Assembly (NCBI GenBank): GCA_038087875.1
Contig: CM076000.1
Span: 1-64,000 of the forward strand
Direction of reading: 5' to 3'
Origin: Malacoraja senta
Lineage: Eukaryota
Length of the DNA: 64,000 nucleotides
In this document: piece by piece, positions 25,902-38,900 of the stretch
Position numbering within the stretch: position 1 is the first letter of the stretch
How the letters are laid out: each line of letters starts with the position of its first letter
Program-made: the position numbers and the translations under genes
Notes under the pieces: generated by a model
What the model was told of the DNA's origin: nothing
Seen by the model: the letters and a program-made list of their open reading frames with translations, nothing else
Database searches by the model: none

Positions 25902-25941
25902 TAGCTGAACCTGAAATACCCACAGAATTTCATCTCCCTCA
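25898..25941 (+). CDS. STAG2: STAG2 (cohesin subunit SA-2) first coding exon, coding part; the exon probably starts at 25790 in the 5'UTR
   Basis: ATG ATA GCT GAA CCT GAA ATA CCC ACA GAA TTT CAT CTC CCT CA|gtaagt = MIAEPEIPTEFHLP(Q), matching the recalled STAG2 N-terminus MIAAPEIPTDFNLLQ. Strong acceptor ttttcctttctttcag ends at 25789. Phase-2 donor. Confidence 0.93.
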
Positions 25942-26055
25942 GTAAGTTATTTGTTATTCAGCCACACGTTACTTTTGGATAGTGACAATGTTTGGTTTTG
26001 CATGTCACCCAACTTTGTGCATTTGATGTTTTCCTCTCCTTTCCTGCACTTATGA

Positions 26056-26760
26056 TTTCAAAGGTCTTTTATTGTCACATGTACCAATTTAAGGTACAGT
26101 GATATGTAAATTACCAAACAGCCATACGAAAAAAAAGCAACAAGACACACAAATACATAAATTAACAAACATCCACCACAGCGGATTTCCCACATTCATC
26201 ACTGTGATGTAAGGCAAAAAAGTCTGATCTTCTTCCTCTTTATTTCTCCCGCGGTCGGGGCAGTCGAACCACCCATCAACGTGATCAAAGCTCCCGCAGC
26301 CGGAGGTCGAAGCACCCGTGTCGGGGCGATCGAAACTCCCACGTTGGGGCAGTCGAAACTCCCACGGCTTTGAGTTCCTGATGTTGATCTCTGACCAGAG
26401 ACCGCGGGTTCCGTGATGTTAGGTCCGCAAGCACCCATGGTTAGAGTGGCAAAGGGATCGCGGGCCCCATGATGTTTAAAGTCCCATAGGCACCCGTGGT
26501 GGAGCTCTCAAAAGTCTGTCTCCAGCAAAGGCTGCCAACTCCTCAATGTTAGGCCGCAGTGCGGACGGAGATACGATACAGAAAATAATCTCATCTCCGT
26601 CGAGTTGAGATCAGAAAAAGTTTCCCTCAACCCCCCACCCCTCACATAAAACAAGCTAAAGAACACTAAAAACATACATTTAACACATACTATTTAAACA
26701 CAAGTAAGGAAAAGACAGATTGTTGGCACGGCAGCCATTGCTAGCGCCACCTGGACCCCC
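26056..26760 (-). mobile_element. Rex1-tailed non-autonomous element, about 115 bp downstream of the first STAG2 coding exon
   Basis: Collinear with 61-920: ttttattgtcacatgtaccaat..ggtacagtga; cgcggtcggggc; atctccgtc; gcgccacc at the far end. Confidence 0.7.
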
Positions 26761-27885
26761 GATTGGGGCCTGGGGTCTGGTTTAGTGGACCAGCAGGCTA
26801 CCCAACATTTGAAAGCCCAAACATTGAGTTTCATCTGTTAATGTGGGACAAAGTAGGACATCATAGCCAAACACAATCCTATGCTTATTATCACAAATCC
26901 TAATTGAATAGTTTTATTCAGATCAGCTAAAGCTTATGGGAGGGTAATAATAGTCATGATGTCCATACAGCATAAAGCATTTATTATTTGAATATACAAA
27001 AGAATTTTCAAATCTAAAACATTCTCTTATTTCTATCTCTTCTATCATACTGTCATTTTGGCTCAATAATTGTAATTTTTAATTTGAAGCATTTCATTAT
27101 CAAGCATTCTTCCATTCCTGTCACCTCCACCACTGACAAAAGTTGAGATGGTCTTTCAAAATTCCAAAATTAGTTGGGTAGATGTATCCATCAACCTCTT
27201 AAGTAGGAGTGAAACTAGAGATTTTGTTGTGTCCCTTCCATAAATGTTCTTAATTAGCCAACAATGGCATCCCTCTATTTGTAGATACAACCAGATTCTT
27301 GCTTTGGCAATGTACACAGAGCTAAGTTAAGACTTAGATCGCACATTTACAATTTAACTAAGATTGTCTGTTTTGAGCTTTTCCATGTTGACTCACTCTC
27401 CCACAGTTCATGTGCTGCTGAAGCTGTTTACCTCTCAAATTAACTATTCTAATATATTAAAGGTTATGGTCTCACACTGCGCTTTTTTTTGTAAGTTTAA
27501 AATCTGAACCTGTTGCTTATATCCTAACCTGCATTAAGACCTATTGACACCAAACCTCTGGCTTCAAGTAAAGCCTTGTTTTTTAAATTGATTTCAAGCT
27601 CCGTGGCTTCGTACATTCAGATCCCATTTACATCTTTAAATCTTCTAAGTCTCTATTGTATATGAAGCCTATGAACATGCTCAGTTTTAACTTGCCAAAA
27701 CAGATGACAGATTTCTCTGCCAACCTATTGTCTTTATGCTATTTTAAGATTTTAATAATATTTTTGTTCTCTTATGTTGATAATGCTCCTGTAATGATTC
27801 TTAAATGTTTTATTTTGTTAAGAGCTAAATAAATACAAGTGACTGCTGTACCTCATGAACTGCAATTCCATAGTTCTTGGATAAG

Positions 27886-29090
27886 TGTATCTAGACTTTC
27901 AGAAAGCCTTTGATAAGGTCCCGCACGGGAGACTGGTGACTAAAATTAGAGCACATGGTATTGGGGGTAGGGTGTTGACATGGATAGAAAATTGGTTGGT
28001 GGACAGGAAGCAAAGAGTAGGAGTGAACGGGTCCTTTTCAGAATGGCAGGCAGTGGTGAGTGGAGTGCCGCAAGGCTCGGTGTTGGGGCCGCAACTGTTT
28101 ACCATATACATTAATGATTTGTAAGAGGGAATTAGGAGCAACACTAGCAAGTTTGCGGATGACACAAAGCTGGGTGGCAGTGTGAACTGTGAAGAGGATG
28201 TTAGGAGGTTGCAGGGTGACCTGGACCGGTTGAGTGAGTGGGCAGATGCGTGGCAGATGCAGTATAATATAGATAAATGTGAGTTTATCCACTTTGGCGG
28301 CAAAAACAAGGGGCAGATTATTAACTCAATGGTGTTAGGTTAGGTAAGGGGGAGGTGCAGCGAGACCTGGGTGTCCTTGTACACCAGTCACTGAAAGTTG
28401 GCGTGCAAGTACAGCAGGCAGTGAAGAAAGCTAATGGAATGTTGGCCTTCATAACAAGAGGATTTCAGTACAGGAGTAAAGAGGTTCTTCTGCAGTTGTA
28501 TAGGGCTCTGGTAAGACCACATCTGGAATATTGTGTACAGTTTTAGTCTCCTAATTTGAGGAAGGACATCGTTGTGATTGAGGCAGTGCAGCGTAGGTTC
28601 ACGAGATTGATCCCTGGGATGGCGGGACTGTCATAGGAGGAAAGATTGAAAAGACTAGGCTTGTATTCACTGGAGTTTAGAAGGATAAGGGGGAACCTCA
28701 TAGAAACATATAAAATTATAAAAGGACTGGACAAGCTAGATGCAGGAAAAATGTTCCCAATGTTGGGCGAGTCCAGAACCAGGGGCCACAGTCTCAGAAT
28801 AAAGGGGAGGCCATTTAAGACTGAGGTGAGAAAAAACTTTTACACCCAGAGAGTTGTGAATTTGTGGAATTCCCTGCCACAGAGGGCAGTGGAGGCCAAG
28901 TCACTGGATGGATTTAAGAGAGAATTAGATAGAGCTCTAGGGGCTAGTGGAGTCAAGAGATATGGGGAGAAGAAGGCAGGCACGGGTTATTGATTTGGGA
29001 CGATCAGCCATGATCACAATGAATGGCGGTGCTGGCTCGAAGGGCCGAATGGCCTCCTCCCGCACCTATTTTCTATGTTTGTATGTTTTC
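27886..29090 (+). mobile_element. 5'-truncated CR1-clade LINE
   Basis: [13 protein letters not shown]...PQGSVLGP...RPHLEYCVQF...RVVNLWNSLP with several stops; (tttctatg)-type tail. Confidence 0.95.
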
Positions 29091-29919
29091 TAATTTATAG
29101 CTATGACAAAACCAAGACTGAAGAATGGAGATACAAAAACTACAGATGGATATTTAGAAAAAGACACATTGTTGGATTAACTCGGGTCAAGCAACATCTT
29201 TGGAGGACATGGATGGGTGAAATTTCGGGTTGGGAACCTTCTTCAGACTAATTGTAGCAGGGTGCACAAATGCTAGCAAATGATGGATGAATGCAGGTGA
29301 GAAGGATTTGATTGGCAGATGGATAGACATAGGTTGGTGCATTTACGTTAGTCTATTAATTACTCCAGAGCAAGTTAACATGACCCAAGGTATTGCTATT
29401 TGACTTGTTAAATTCTGAACACTGTCATCGTCTGGAAGAGACTAGACAATGACATTTTCTTCCATGCTACATGATTGCCAACCAAATTGTTGATTTTACT
29501 TTAATAATGGATTTGACATGTGCTTACACATTTGTATTGTTGGTTGCAACAGATGCCACATTGGTGAGGTGTAATAATTTGCAGCTTGTGCTTATCAAAA
29601 GGATGCAGAATAGACTGATCAGGAGACCAATCGACATTTGTAGCAACAGTGCAATTTAGTGACTTAAAGATTCAGCCTTTCACTCCATGAGTAATTATGT
29701 TTGTATTTGATTGTAGATGTTAGCTCCTTTTTGGAAATGTTTGTACTTAGAGCTGGACAGTGAGTTACGTTTCAATCCTCTAGTGTGGAAACACATCCCT
29801 CTGCCTATTGACCTTCATTGACTGTATTTATTTACAGTAATTCAATTTTATTGTCCCTAGATTACTGTCAACCTCATCCAGATACTAGAACAAACTAGGC
29901 ATTAGAGGCCAGATGAAGT

Positions 29920-30090
29920 AGTAAGCTAATTTACCTACCAACAAATTCTTGGGATGTAAGAAACCCCAGAAGACGTTGACAGTCACATGGAAAATGTGCA
30001 AATTCCACACTAGGCACGGAGGTCAGGATTAAGCACGTGTCATTGGAGTTGTGAGATAGAAGCTCGACAAGCTGCATTACTGTGCCATCT
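29920..30090 (-). mobile_element. Degraded V-SINE-like SINE
   Basis: aatgtgcaaattccacac...gtcaggattaagc...ctgtgcc, the reverse complement of the SINE head and core. Confidence 0.55.
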
Positions 30091-31120
30091 ATGGCAAGTG
30101 CTGAAGTACATTGTCAAGATTTCAAGTCTCTGCAGAAAATAATTACACAGAAGTGGGGGCAGCAGCAGCTAGCGTTCTAATTTGTAATACAATGTGTATG
30201 GTAAAATGAACAGAACACATGCAGAGCAGGGGGAGGGGAGAAAGAACAAGAGGCTGTATTTGCTCAAGAAGTTCAGTGAACAATTCTATCCAAATACTGG
30301 TAAGGAACAAGCAGCACAGAGAACAACATTGGCAGTGCATGCCAAGGTCATCTTGTACATTAGTTTTCTTGCAGCAGACTCCTTCCAGGCTGGAGTTTAA
30401 AAGGGAGAATTGAGAAACAGTTGCCTCGTTCTTTAAATTACTGTGCGACTATAGTCAGGGAATTAATCAGGCTACTGTCTGGTACTCTGGATTCAATCCT
30501 AATTCATTTGTGACTCAGTTGATAGATAGCAACTTTTGTACAGTTCATGCGGTTTCTGTTGGACTTTGACCTTCAGGTGCTTGTAGAACTTTTTTTCCCT
30601 TTGTGACGTGGAGTTTCAAATCCAGTTTTGAGTGAGTTTGTTTTTGGATGTCATTCTCATTAAACCATTTATGGTATTGTCTGGCAGAGAAGACGAGTGT
30701 CTCCTTGCGGATGTTAATGAAATAGATTTCACAGCTGTTCATCCACAGGTTGCTGCCGCCACCGTTATCTTCAGTGATTAGTGCGTCTTTTGGCCGTTTG
30801 AAGGAAAGATCAGGATTTCAAACTGACAGGAAGCCCATGCTTCACTGGATAGCACTGAGCCCAGCCCTCACCTGTGTTTCTGAAATATGAGCAACCTACA
30901 ATTTGCAAGATATTACTAATCTGACTGCAAAATCTTCCAAATCTACCGGCCTATAAAGTTTACCAGAATCAGCATCCTGTCACAAGCCAAAGTCTCCAGG
31001 GCTGAGGCCTGGTTTACAGTCGTGACTCTGATAGGATGGCTACAGATTCTGGAGAATGTGGAGCGTTCCCACCAACGCTTGAAAATTCATGATTCATGAC
31101 CGCTTAAAATGGTTAAGAAA

Positions 31121-31368
31121 CACGGAGAACCCACAGACCCACAGCCAGCACGGAGAACCCACAGGCCCACAGCCAGCGCGGGTAGAACCCACAGGCCCAC
31201 AGCCAGCGCGGAGAGAACCCACAGATTCACAGCCAGTGCGGAGAGCCCACAGATTCACAGCCAGCACGAAGAACCCACAGACAGCATGGAGAACCCGCAG
31301 GCCCACAACCAGCGCGGATAATCCACAGAACCACAGCCAGCGCGGAGAATCCACAGGCCCACAGCCAA
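31121..31368. repeat. Minisatellite, about 9 units of 28-30 bp
   Basis: Repeating cacggagaacccacaggcccacagccag-like units. Confidence 0.9.
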
Positions 31369-31391
31369 CACCAACTCCTGCCCAACCCCGC

Positions 31392-31793
31392 TCCAACTCC
31401 AGAGGAACCTGCTCCCCTATGGGCCGCCACAGCGACAAGTGCCAGTTCGCCCACGGCCTGGCTGAGCTGCACTCCCTCAGCTGCCACCCCAAGTACAAGA
31501 TGTCCCTTGCACTCACCAGCTTCTGCCCCTACGGTACCCGCTGCCACTTCATCCACAACCCCGAGGAGGGCTGGGCAAGGGAGAAGGAGGAGGTTGCTGC
31601 TGCCGCCAGCACCACCATCACCGACAGCACCATTAGCTCCAACGGGCGCCCGGGCCTGCCCGTGGCTGGCAGGAGCCCGTCCGCAGACTCTCTCTCCGAC
31701 CAGGACGACTCCAGCAGCAGCAGCTCCGAGTCACCCATCTTCGAGCAGGGCCGGCGGCTGCCCATCTTCAGCAAGATCTCGGTGTCAGACTGA
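31392..31793 (+). pseudogene. ZFP36/TTP-family (tandem CCCH zinc finger) decayed copy; C-terminal part of ORF 31089-31793
   Basis: [22 protein letters not shown]...[16 protein letters not shown] and C-terminal [32 protein letters not shown] are hallmark ZFP36-family motifs. In-frame deletions remove zinc ligands, and there are CpG-decay-type substitutions. The paralog (ZFP36 versus L1/L2) is not resolved. Confidence 0.88.
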
Positions 31794-32099
31794 AGGGAGG
31801 GGGGTGGAGGTGGAGGGCTGCCGGCCAACCCGGCAGGACAGGCAGAGCAGAGCTGGAGCCAGCAGTTGCAGCGCCGGTTGCAAGCCCAGGGCAAACCTGG
31901 ACACCCCGGACAGGAACGGGACACCGGGGAGGGGACGGCTCAACAGCGGCCGCAGCGACGGAGAGCAGACCCCGGACGAAACACAAGCCTACACACAATG
32001 CAGCACCACCGTTGCCAAGACTGTTTATAGCTAGTGACCGCTGACCTGGGCATGCGCAGTCGGAATACCGAACTTCCTTATTGGACCATATTAGTTATA

Positions 32100-32610
32100 T
32101 CAGAACCTTCAGCAGCACAGGACAGTACAGCGCACAAACAGGCCCTTCGTCCCACAATGTCTGTGCCGAACATGATGCAAAGACCATCTCTGCCTGCTTG
32201 ATGCAAAGACCATCTATCCCTTCATTCTCTATCTATCTATATGCCTATCCAAAGGTCTCTAAAATGCCACGATTGTAACTGCCTCAACCACCACCTGCAA
32301 CAGTCCAGGCACTCACCACCGTCTGTATATTAAAAAAAACATGCCCTGCACATCTTTAAACTTTGCCTCTCTCACCTTAAAGCTATGCCCTCTAGTGTTT
32401 GATTTCCCATTATGTGAAGGATGGTGGGGGGCAAGGTTCTGACTGTCTATCCTGTCTATCCAATCTCAGTCTGTCAACTGTTCCCTGTAGCTAATCCATG
32501 CATGATTTTGGTAAACCTCCTCTGCACCCTTTCCAAAGCCTCCACTTCCTTCCTGCAATGGGGCGACCAGAACTGCACGCAAAGCTCCTAAATGAGACCT
32601 CACCAAAGTG
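32100..32610 (-). mobile_element. CR1-clade LINE 3' fragment
   Basis: aacaggcccttcgtcccacaatgtctgtgccgaacatgatg (3'UTR); ggcgaccagaactgcacgc (CVQFWSP). Confidence 0.75.
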
Positions 32611-33009
32611 GTGCTGCGATTGAATTACTACCATACAATGCCAAACGCCTGGGTACGATCCTGACCTCGGGTGCTCCCTATGATGCCATGGGTTTCCTCA
32701 CTCGTTGGGGAGACGTGCAGGTCTGTTAAAATGAGGGTTTGCTGTATTTGTTTAAAGCTTCACCTACACCCCCTGACCCCAGCATAAATTTCCTCTTTTA
32801 TCTTTGAGCGGTCCTATTTTCTCCCTGGTTTTGTTTCTAATGTAGTTATAAAAGGCTTTGGAATTTCCCTTAATCCAACTGTCAGTCATTTCATGGTCCC
32901 TTTTGGCCTTTCTAATTGCCCGCTTGAGTTCATTCCTCCTTTCTTTATTTTCTTCTCAGACCCCATTTGATTCCAACCTCTTGAAACTTGCATGCAACTC
33001 TTTTTGTCT

Positions 33010-33440
33010 TACTGACGTTCAGGGCTGGGCTATTGTCCTGGTACAATGAGACTAGGTTCTCAATCTGTTTTCTGTACTCTGTCTCGTTGATGTTCTGGCT
33101 GACAATTGGTATCATCAAATGTAAAGATTGACTTGGCATTGTATTTGGCCACATATTCACCGAGAGGGGAGCAAGGGATTGAGGAGCACTAACGTTGAGG
33201 GTCCGGGTAGAGGAAATGTTATGAACTAATTCTAACTGGATGAAGTCTGTTATTCGGGAAGTCCAGAAATCAGTTGCTGATGCAGGCTCTAAGTGCAAGG
33301 TCAAAGTTTAGCAATGAGCTTATTTAGAAATATGGTGTTGAAGGCTGAATTGTTGTCAATGAATAGATGTTCTTGTTGTCAATGTGATCCAGGACTGAAT
33401 ATAGTGCAAGAGAGATGGTGACCTCAGTTGATTGTCTGGT
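33010..33440 (-). mobile_element. Degraded Rex1-like RT fragment
   Basis: ORF fragments NETEYRKQIENLVSLYQDNSPALNVSKTK and STEVTISLALYSVLDHIDNKN. Confidence 0.65.
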
Positions 33441-35992
33441 AAAGGGGTGAGGCATACCAATATTTGAGTCCTGAAAAAGCGACTTTGAGTCCTGAAAAAA
33501 AGCGCTATATAAATAAAATAAAATAAATATTTCAAAGCACTTCATTCATTATGGTTGATAAACTCTCCACTTTCTCCAGAAATGCTGACTGACCCACTGA
33601 GTTACTCCAGAATTTTGTGTCTATTATTATGGCTGATGTTAGAGATACTGGTAGTCATTGTGCCTGGGAACTTGATTTTTAGGTGGGGGCTGGAATGATG
33701 TAGGCATTCTTGAAGTACATGTTAGAACCCAAATTTTGCGACTTGTGGAAGCACCGTGATGGAAGTGCAGATGCCCAAATTGACTGGTCATTAGTTCCTC
33801 TTTGGGAAAGCTGGGCAATAGCTTGCAAGTTGGGATTTTTCTTATTTCATACAGCCTGCCAATGCATAAAGCATTTTATTGTGTATACCCATCAGCTACC
33901 TTATGTTGGTTGTCCTACCAAAGTAGGAGGGAGTCCTCTGTAAGAAAACCCATGTGTGATGCTGGCACTTTTTTCTTTCTCTTTGAACTTTTTCCTGAAG
34001 GCCTATTTTTGCCATGTGTATCAAGATACAGTGAAAAACTACTAGACGGTCAAATCATGCTGCACAAGAGTGCATCATACTATGCATGATTGTAAACCTT
34101 TGCCTTATGTTACATCACATGCAATAATTATAATTATGCAGTATCAGAGGTGGTGGCATCAATGTATAATTTGTGTAGAATCGAGGGGGAGAGAGAAAGA
34201 GAGAGAGGTAAGATCTCCAATTCCTTCACTGTGGCGAGCAACATAATGTTATTTTTTAAAGTGTTCTTTAAAATAACCCAAATAGTCTGCTATTTCTCTC
34301 ATTGGGAAGACAAAAATCATCTTGGCCTTAATTACAAGAAGATTTAAATGGAAGAGTAAAGATATTTTGCTCCAGGTGAGAAACATCTGAAAGATTGTGC
34401 ATGTCTGCTCTCCCAACTAAAGGGAGGACATGTGTACAATGGAAAGATTGAAGCAAAGGTTAATTGGGCGGATCCCTTGAATGGAGGGATTGAGGATGAG
34501 ATTAAGTGGATTGTTTTGCATTCTCAAAGAATGAGAGTTTATCCAAGTAAGTGTGAGGTGTTCCACTGTGGGAGGTTGAATGAGAAAGGAAAATATACAG
34601 TTTAATGGTAAGACCCTTAACAGCATTGATGTACAGAGAAATCTTGGGATCCAAGGTAGCCATTGAGCTGGATGTTGCTAGTGCTTCAATGGCTTGGGAT
34701 ATTTCAGTTAAAGGTCAGTGTCAGCCCAGATAGTAGGGCCAATTCTGCCATTAGACACACTAGCCACATCCAATGTAATCTCTCAAAAGTATGTAGTGCC
34801 TTTCAGGAGCTTGCTGGCTATCTCAGCTGCATTTCACTTCTATGTGACTCCACTTACTGTGAAGGTTAAGAATAACTATCTCCAGTAAGCTGGATAACTA
34901 GTGTTTACGTTCATTGACTATTATGATTGTTTGTCATGTTAAGAGCTATATTTGCTTAATTTGGGGTCATTGTGTATTTTTGTATTATCATGGAAGTACT
35001 TTTGATAATGAGCATTAAACATGCTCAAACTAAAGCCATTAACTTTCTCAGGATTAGTAATAGAGACTAGGTAGACAAAAGTGCTGGAGAAACTCGGTGG
35101 GTGCAGCAGCATCTATGGAGCGAAGGAAATAAGCAACGTTTCGGGCCGAAACCCTTCTTCAGACAGTAATAGAGACTGTCTGAATGAGATCAACTCTACT
35201 CCAAGAGCACATTAAAGTGATATTATCTAACTGGAATAATATTCCCAATCTTATCCTTTCTGACCTGATTTATTCCACTAATCATGCACCAAACCTGGTG
35301 TCTCAGTTTTCATGCCATTAACTTACCTTTTCAATACGTGTGAAAAATGGGAAGGACTTGTTTTGCTTCAGAACCCTTTGCAACCAGATCCGAGATGCAC
35401 CCACTCAGGCTGTTATTCAAGCACTTCGCCCAGCCTCACATGACTTAGCATTGTTGCCCCCAGAGAACCTGGGCCTCTGTGCAATTTGCTTTTTTTTCTC
35501 TCCCACTGCAGTATTTCACTGATCCTCTGATCTCTGCCCCTAGGGTAGCTGGGCACACCCTCGCCACTGCATGATATGTGACTCAGCACTGCTAACCCAT
35601 CTCATATGGTTGGAAATGCTCACCCATCCACATTGTGTGAACAGATCATCTCTACTGCCGGGCAGACTGATCAACATCCATCCATCCAACTTCTGGGTGA
35701 CTAATACCCATTTACCCATGGCATTGGATCTAGTGGCCTGCTGCCCTATCTCCTTCCTTTGTCCTGCTCCCCATTTTCTCACCATTGCTGCACAGAATCA
35801 TTAAAATGGGTGTTAAAAAAATAGCAATAGTAAATGGTGGATTTTGATCAGTTGGGCACATGTGCTGAGGAATGGTTAATGGAGTTTAATCAGATAAGTT
35901 TGAGATATTGCTTTTTGGGAAGTCAAACCAGAGCAGACCCTTCAAAGTGTATGGCAGGGTTGTGGCGAGTATTGTAGATCAGAGGGATCCTG

Positions 35993-38900
35993 AAGTGCCC
36001 TCCATAATGTTTGGGGCAAAGACCCATCATTTATTTATTTGCCTCTGTGCTCCACAATTTGAGATTTGTAATAGAAAAATAATCACATGTGGTTAAAGTA
36101 CACATTGTCAGATTTTAATAAAGGCCATTTTTATACATTTTGTTTTCACCATGTAGAAATGACAGCAGTGTTTATACATAGTCCCCGGCATTTCAGGGCA
36201 TCATAATGTTTGGAACACAGCAATGTCATGTAAATGAAAGTAGTCATGTTTAGTATTTTGTTGCATATCCTTTGCATGCAATGTCTGCTTGAAGTCTGAG
36301 ATTCATGGGCGTCTTCTCTGGTGATGCTACTACCATTAGCAGTTGCATCATCAATGAAGATAAGTTAGCCAGTACCTTCAGCAGACAAACATGCCCGGGC
36401 CATAACACCCACACCACCGTGTTTCACAGGTGAGGTGGTATGCTTTGGATCTTGGGCCATTCTTGGGCAGTTCCTTCTCTCTTCCATACTTTGGTCTTGC
36501 CATCACTCTGATATAAGTGAATATTTGTCCACAAGACCTTTTTCCAGAACTGTGGTTGTTCTTTTAAGTATTTCTTGGCAAACTGTAACCTGGCCATCCT
36601 ATTTTTGCGGCTAACCAGTGGTTTGCATCTTGCAGTGTAGCCTCTGTATTTGTGTTCATGAAGTCTTCTGCGGACAGTGGTCATTGACAAATCCACACTT
36701 GACTTCTGAAGATTGTTTCTGATCTGTTGGGCAGGCGTTGGGGGATTTTTCTTCTGCCATCAGCTGTGGAGGTCTTCCTTGGCCTGCCAGTCCCTTTGCG
36801 ATTAGTAAGCTAACTAGTACTCTCTTTCTTCTTAATGATGTTCCAAACAGTTGATTTTGGTATGCCTAACGATTGGCTGATGTCTCTAACAGTTTTATTC
36901 TTCTTTCTCAGTCTCATAATGGCTTCTTTGACATCATTGACACAACTTTGGCCCTCATGTTGATAAACAGCAATAAAAGTTTCCAACGGTGATGGAAAGA
37001 CTAGGTGCTGAGAACTCTCTTATACTGCATTCACGAGGCATTTAAACACACCTGAGCAATTACAAACACCCGAGAAGCCATGTGTTCCAAACATTATGGT
37101 GCCCTGAAATGGGGGGGACTATGTATAAACACAGCTGTAATTTCTACATGGTGAAACTAAAATGTATAACAATAGCCTTTAATAAAATCTGACAATGTGC
37201 ACTTTAACCACATGTGATTTTTTTTCTATAGAAACATAGAGACATACAAAAATAGGTAAAGGAGTAGGCCATTCGGCCCTTCGATCAGTCATTCAATATG
37301 ATCATGGCTGATCATCCAACTCAGTATTCTGTACCTGCCTTCTCTCCATACCCCCTGATCCCTTTAGCCACAAGGGCCACATCTAAGTCCCTCTTAAATA
37401 TAGCCAATGAACTGGCCTCAACTACCTTCTGTGGCAGAGAATTCCATAGATTCACCACTCTGTGTGAAAAATGTTTTTCTCATCGGTCCTAAAAGATTTC
37501 CCCTTTATCCTTAAACTGTGACCCCTTGTTCTGGACTTCCCCAACATCGGGAACAATCTTCCTGCATCTAGCCTGTCCAACCCCTTAAGAATTTTGTAAG
37601 TTTCTATAAGATCCCCCCTCAATCTTCTAAATTCTAGCGAGTACCAGCCGAGTCTATCCAGTCTTTCTTCATATGAAAGTCCTGACATCCCAGGAATCAG
37701 TCTGGTGAACCTCCTCTGTACTCCCTCTATGGCAAGAATGTCTTTCCTCAGATTTGGAGACCAAAACTGTACGCAATACTCCAGGTGTGGTCTCACCAAG
37801 ACCCTGCACAACTGCAGTAGAACCTCCCTGCTCCTATACTCAAATCCTTTTGATATGAATGCTAACATACCATTCGCTTTCTTCGCTGCCTGCTGCACCT
37901 GCATGCCTACTTTCAATGACTGGTGTACCATGACACCCAGGTCTCGTTGCATCTCCCCTTTTCCTAATCGACCACCATTCAGATAATAGTCTACTTTCAT
38001 GTTTTTGCTACCAAAGTGGATAACCTCACATTTATCCACATTATACTGCATCTGCCATGCATTTGCCCACTCATCCAGCCTATCCAAGTCACCTTGCAGC
38101 CTCCTAGCATCCTCCTCACAGCTAACACTGCCCCCCAGCTTCGTGTCATCCGCAAACTTGGAGATGTTGCATTCAATTCCCTTGTCCAAATCATTAATAT
38201 GTATTGTAAATAGCTGGGGTCCCAGCACTGAGCCTTGCGGTACCCCACTAGTCACTGCCTGCCATTCTGAAAAGGACCCGTTTACTCCTACTCTTTGCTT
38301 CCTGTTTGCCAGCCAGTTCTCTATCCACATCAATACTGAACCCCCAATACCGTGTGCTTTATGTTTGTATACTAATCTCTTATGTGGGACCTTGTCGAAA
38401 ACCTTCTGAAAGTCCAGATATAACACATCCACTGGTTCTCCCTTATCCACTCTACTAGTTACATCCTCGAAAAATTCTATCAGATTCGTCAGACATGATT
38501 TACCTTTCGTAAATCCATGCTGACTTTGTCCAATGATTTCACCACTTTCCAAATGTGCTGCTATCCCATCTTTAATAACTGATTCTAGCAGTTTCCCCAC
38601 TACCGATGTTAGACTAACTGGTCTGTAATTCCCGTTTTCTCTCCCCTTTTTAAAAAGTGGGGTTACATTAGCTACCCTCCAATCCTCAGGAACTACTCCA
38701 GAATCTAAGGAGTTTTGAAAAATTATCACTAATGCATCCTCTATTTCTGGGGCTACTTCCTTAAGTACTCTGGGATGCAGCCTATCTGGCCCTGGGGATT
38801 TATCGGCCTTTAATCCATTCAATTTACCTAACACCACTTCCCGGCTAACCTGAATTTTACTCAGTTCCTCCATCTCATTTAACCCGCGTCCCCTGCTATT

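Noticed and set aside
31121..31368. 28-30-bp repeats as a CRISPR-like array
   Set aside because: The units are directly tandem with no unique spacers, and the context is eukaryotic with no cas genes. This is a minisatellite, as is 61135-61415.
31089..31793. Functional canonical ZFP36-family gene
   Set aside because: Both CCCH fingers lack a ligand or correct spacing, the lead-in YKTEL motifs are lost, and the N-terminus is a minisatellite.
37452..38873. 473-aa ORF as a host gene or retron/DGR-type reverse transcriptase
   Set aside because: It is an ordinary CR1 ORF2 RT segment with a disrupted upstream endonuclease, a 3' tail and a TSD.
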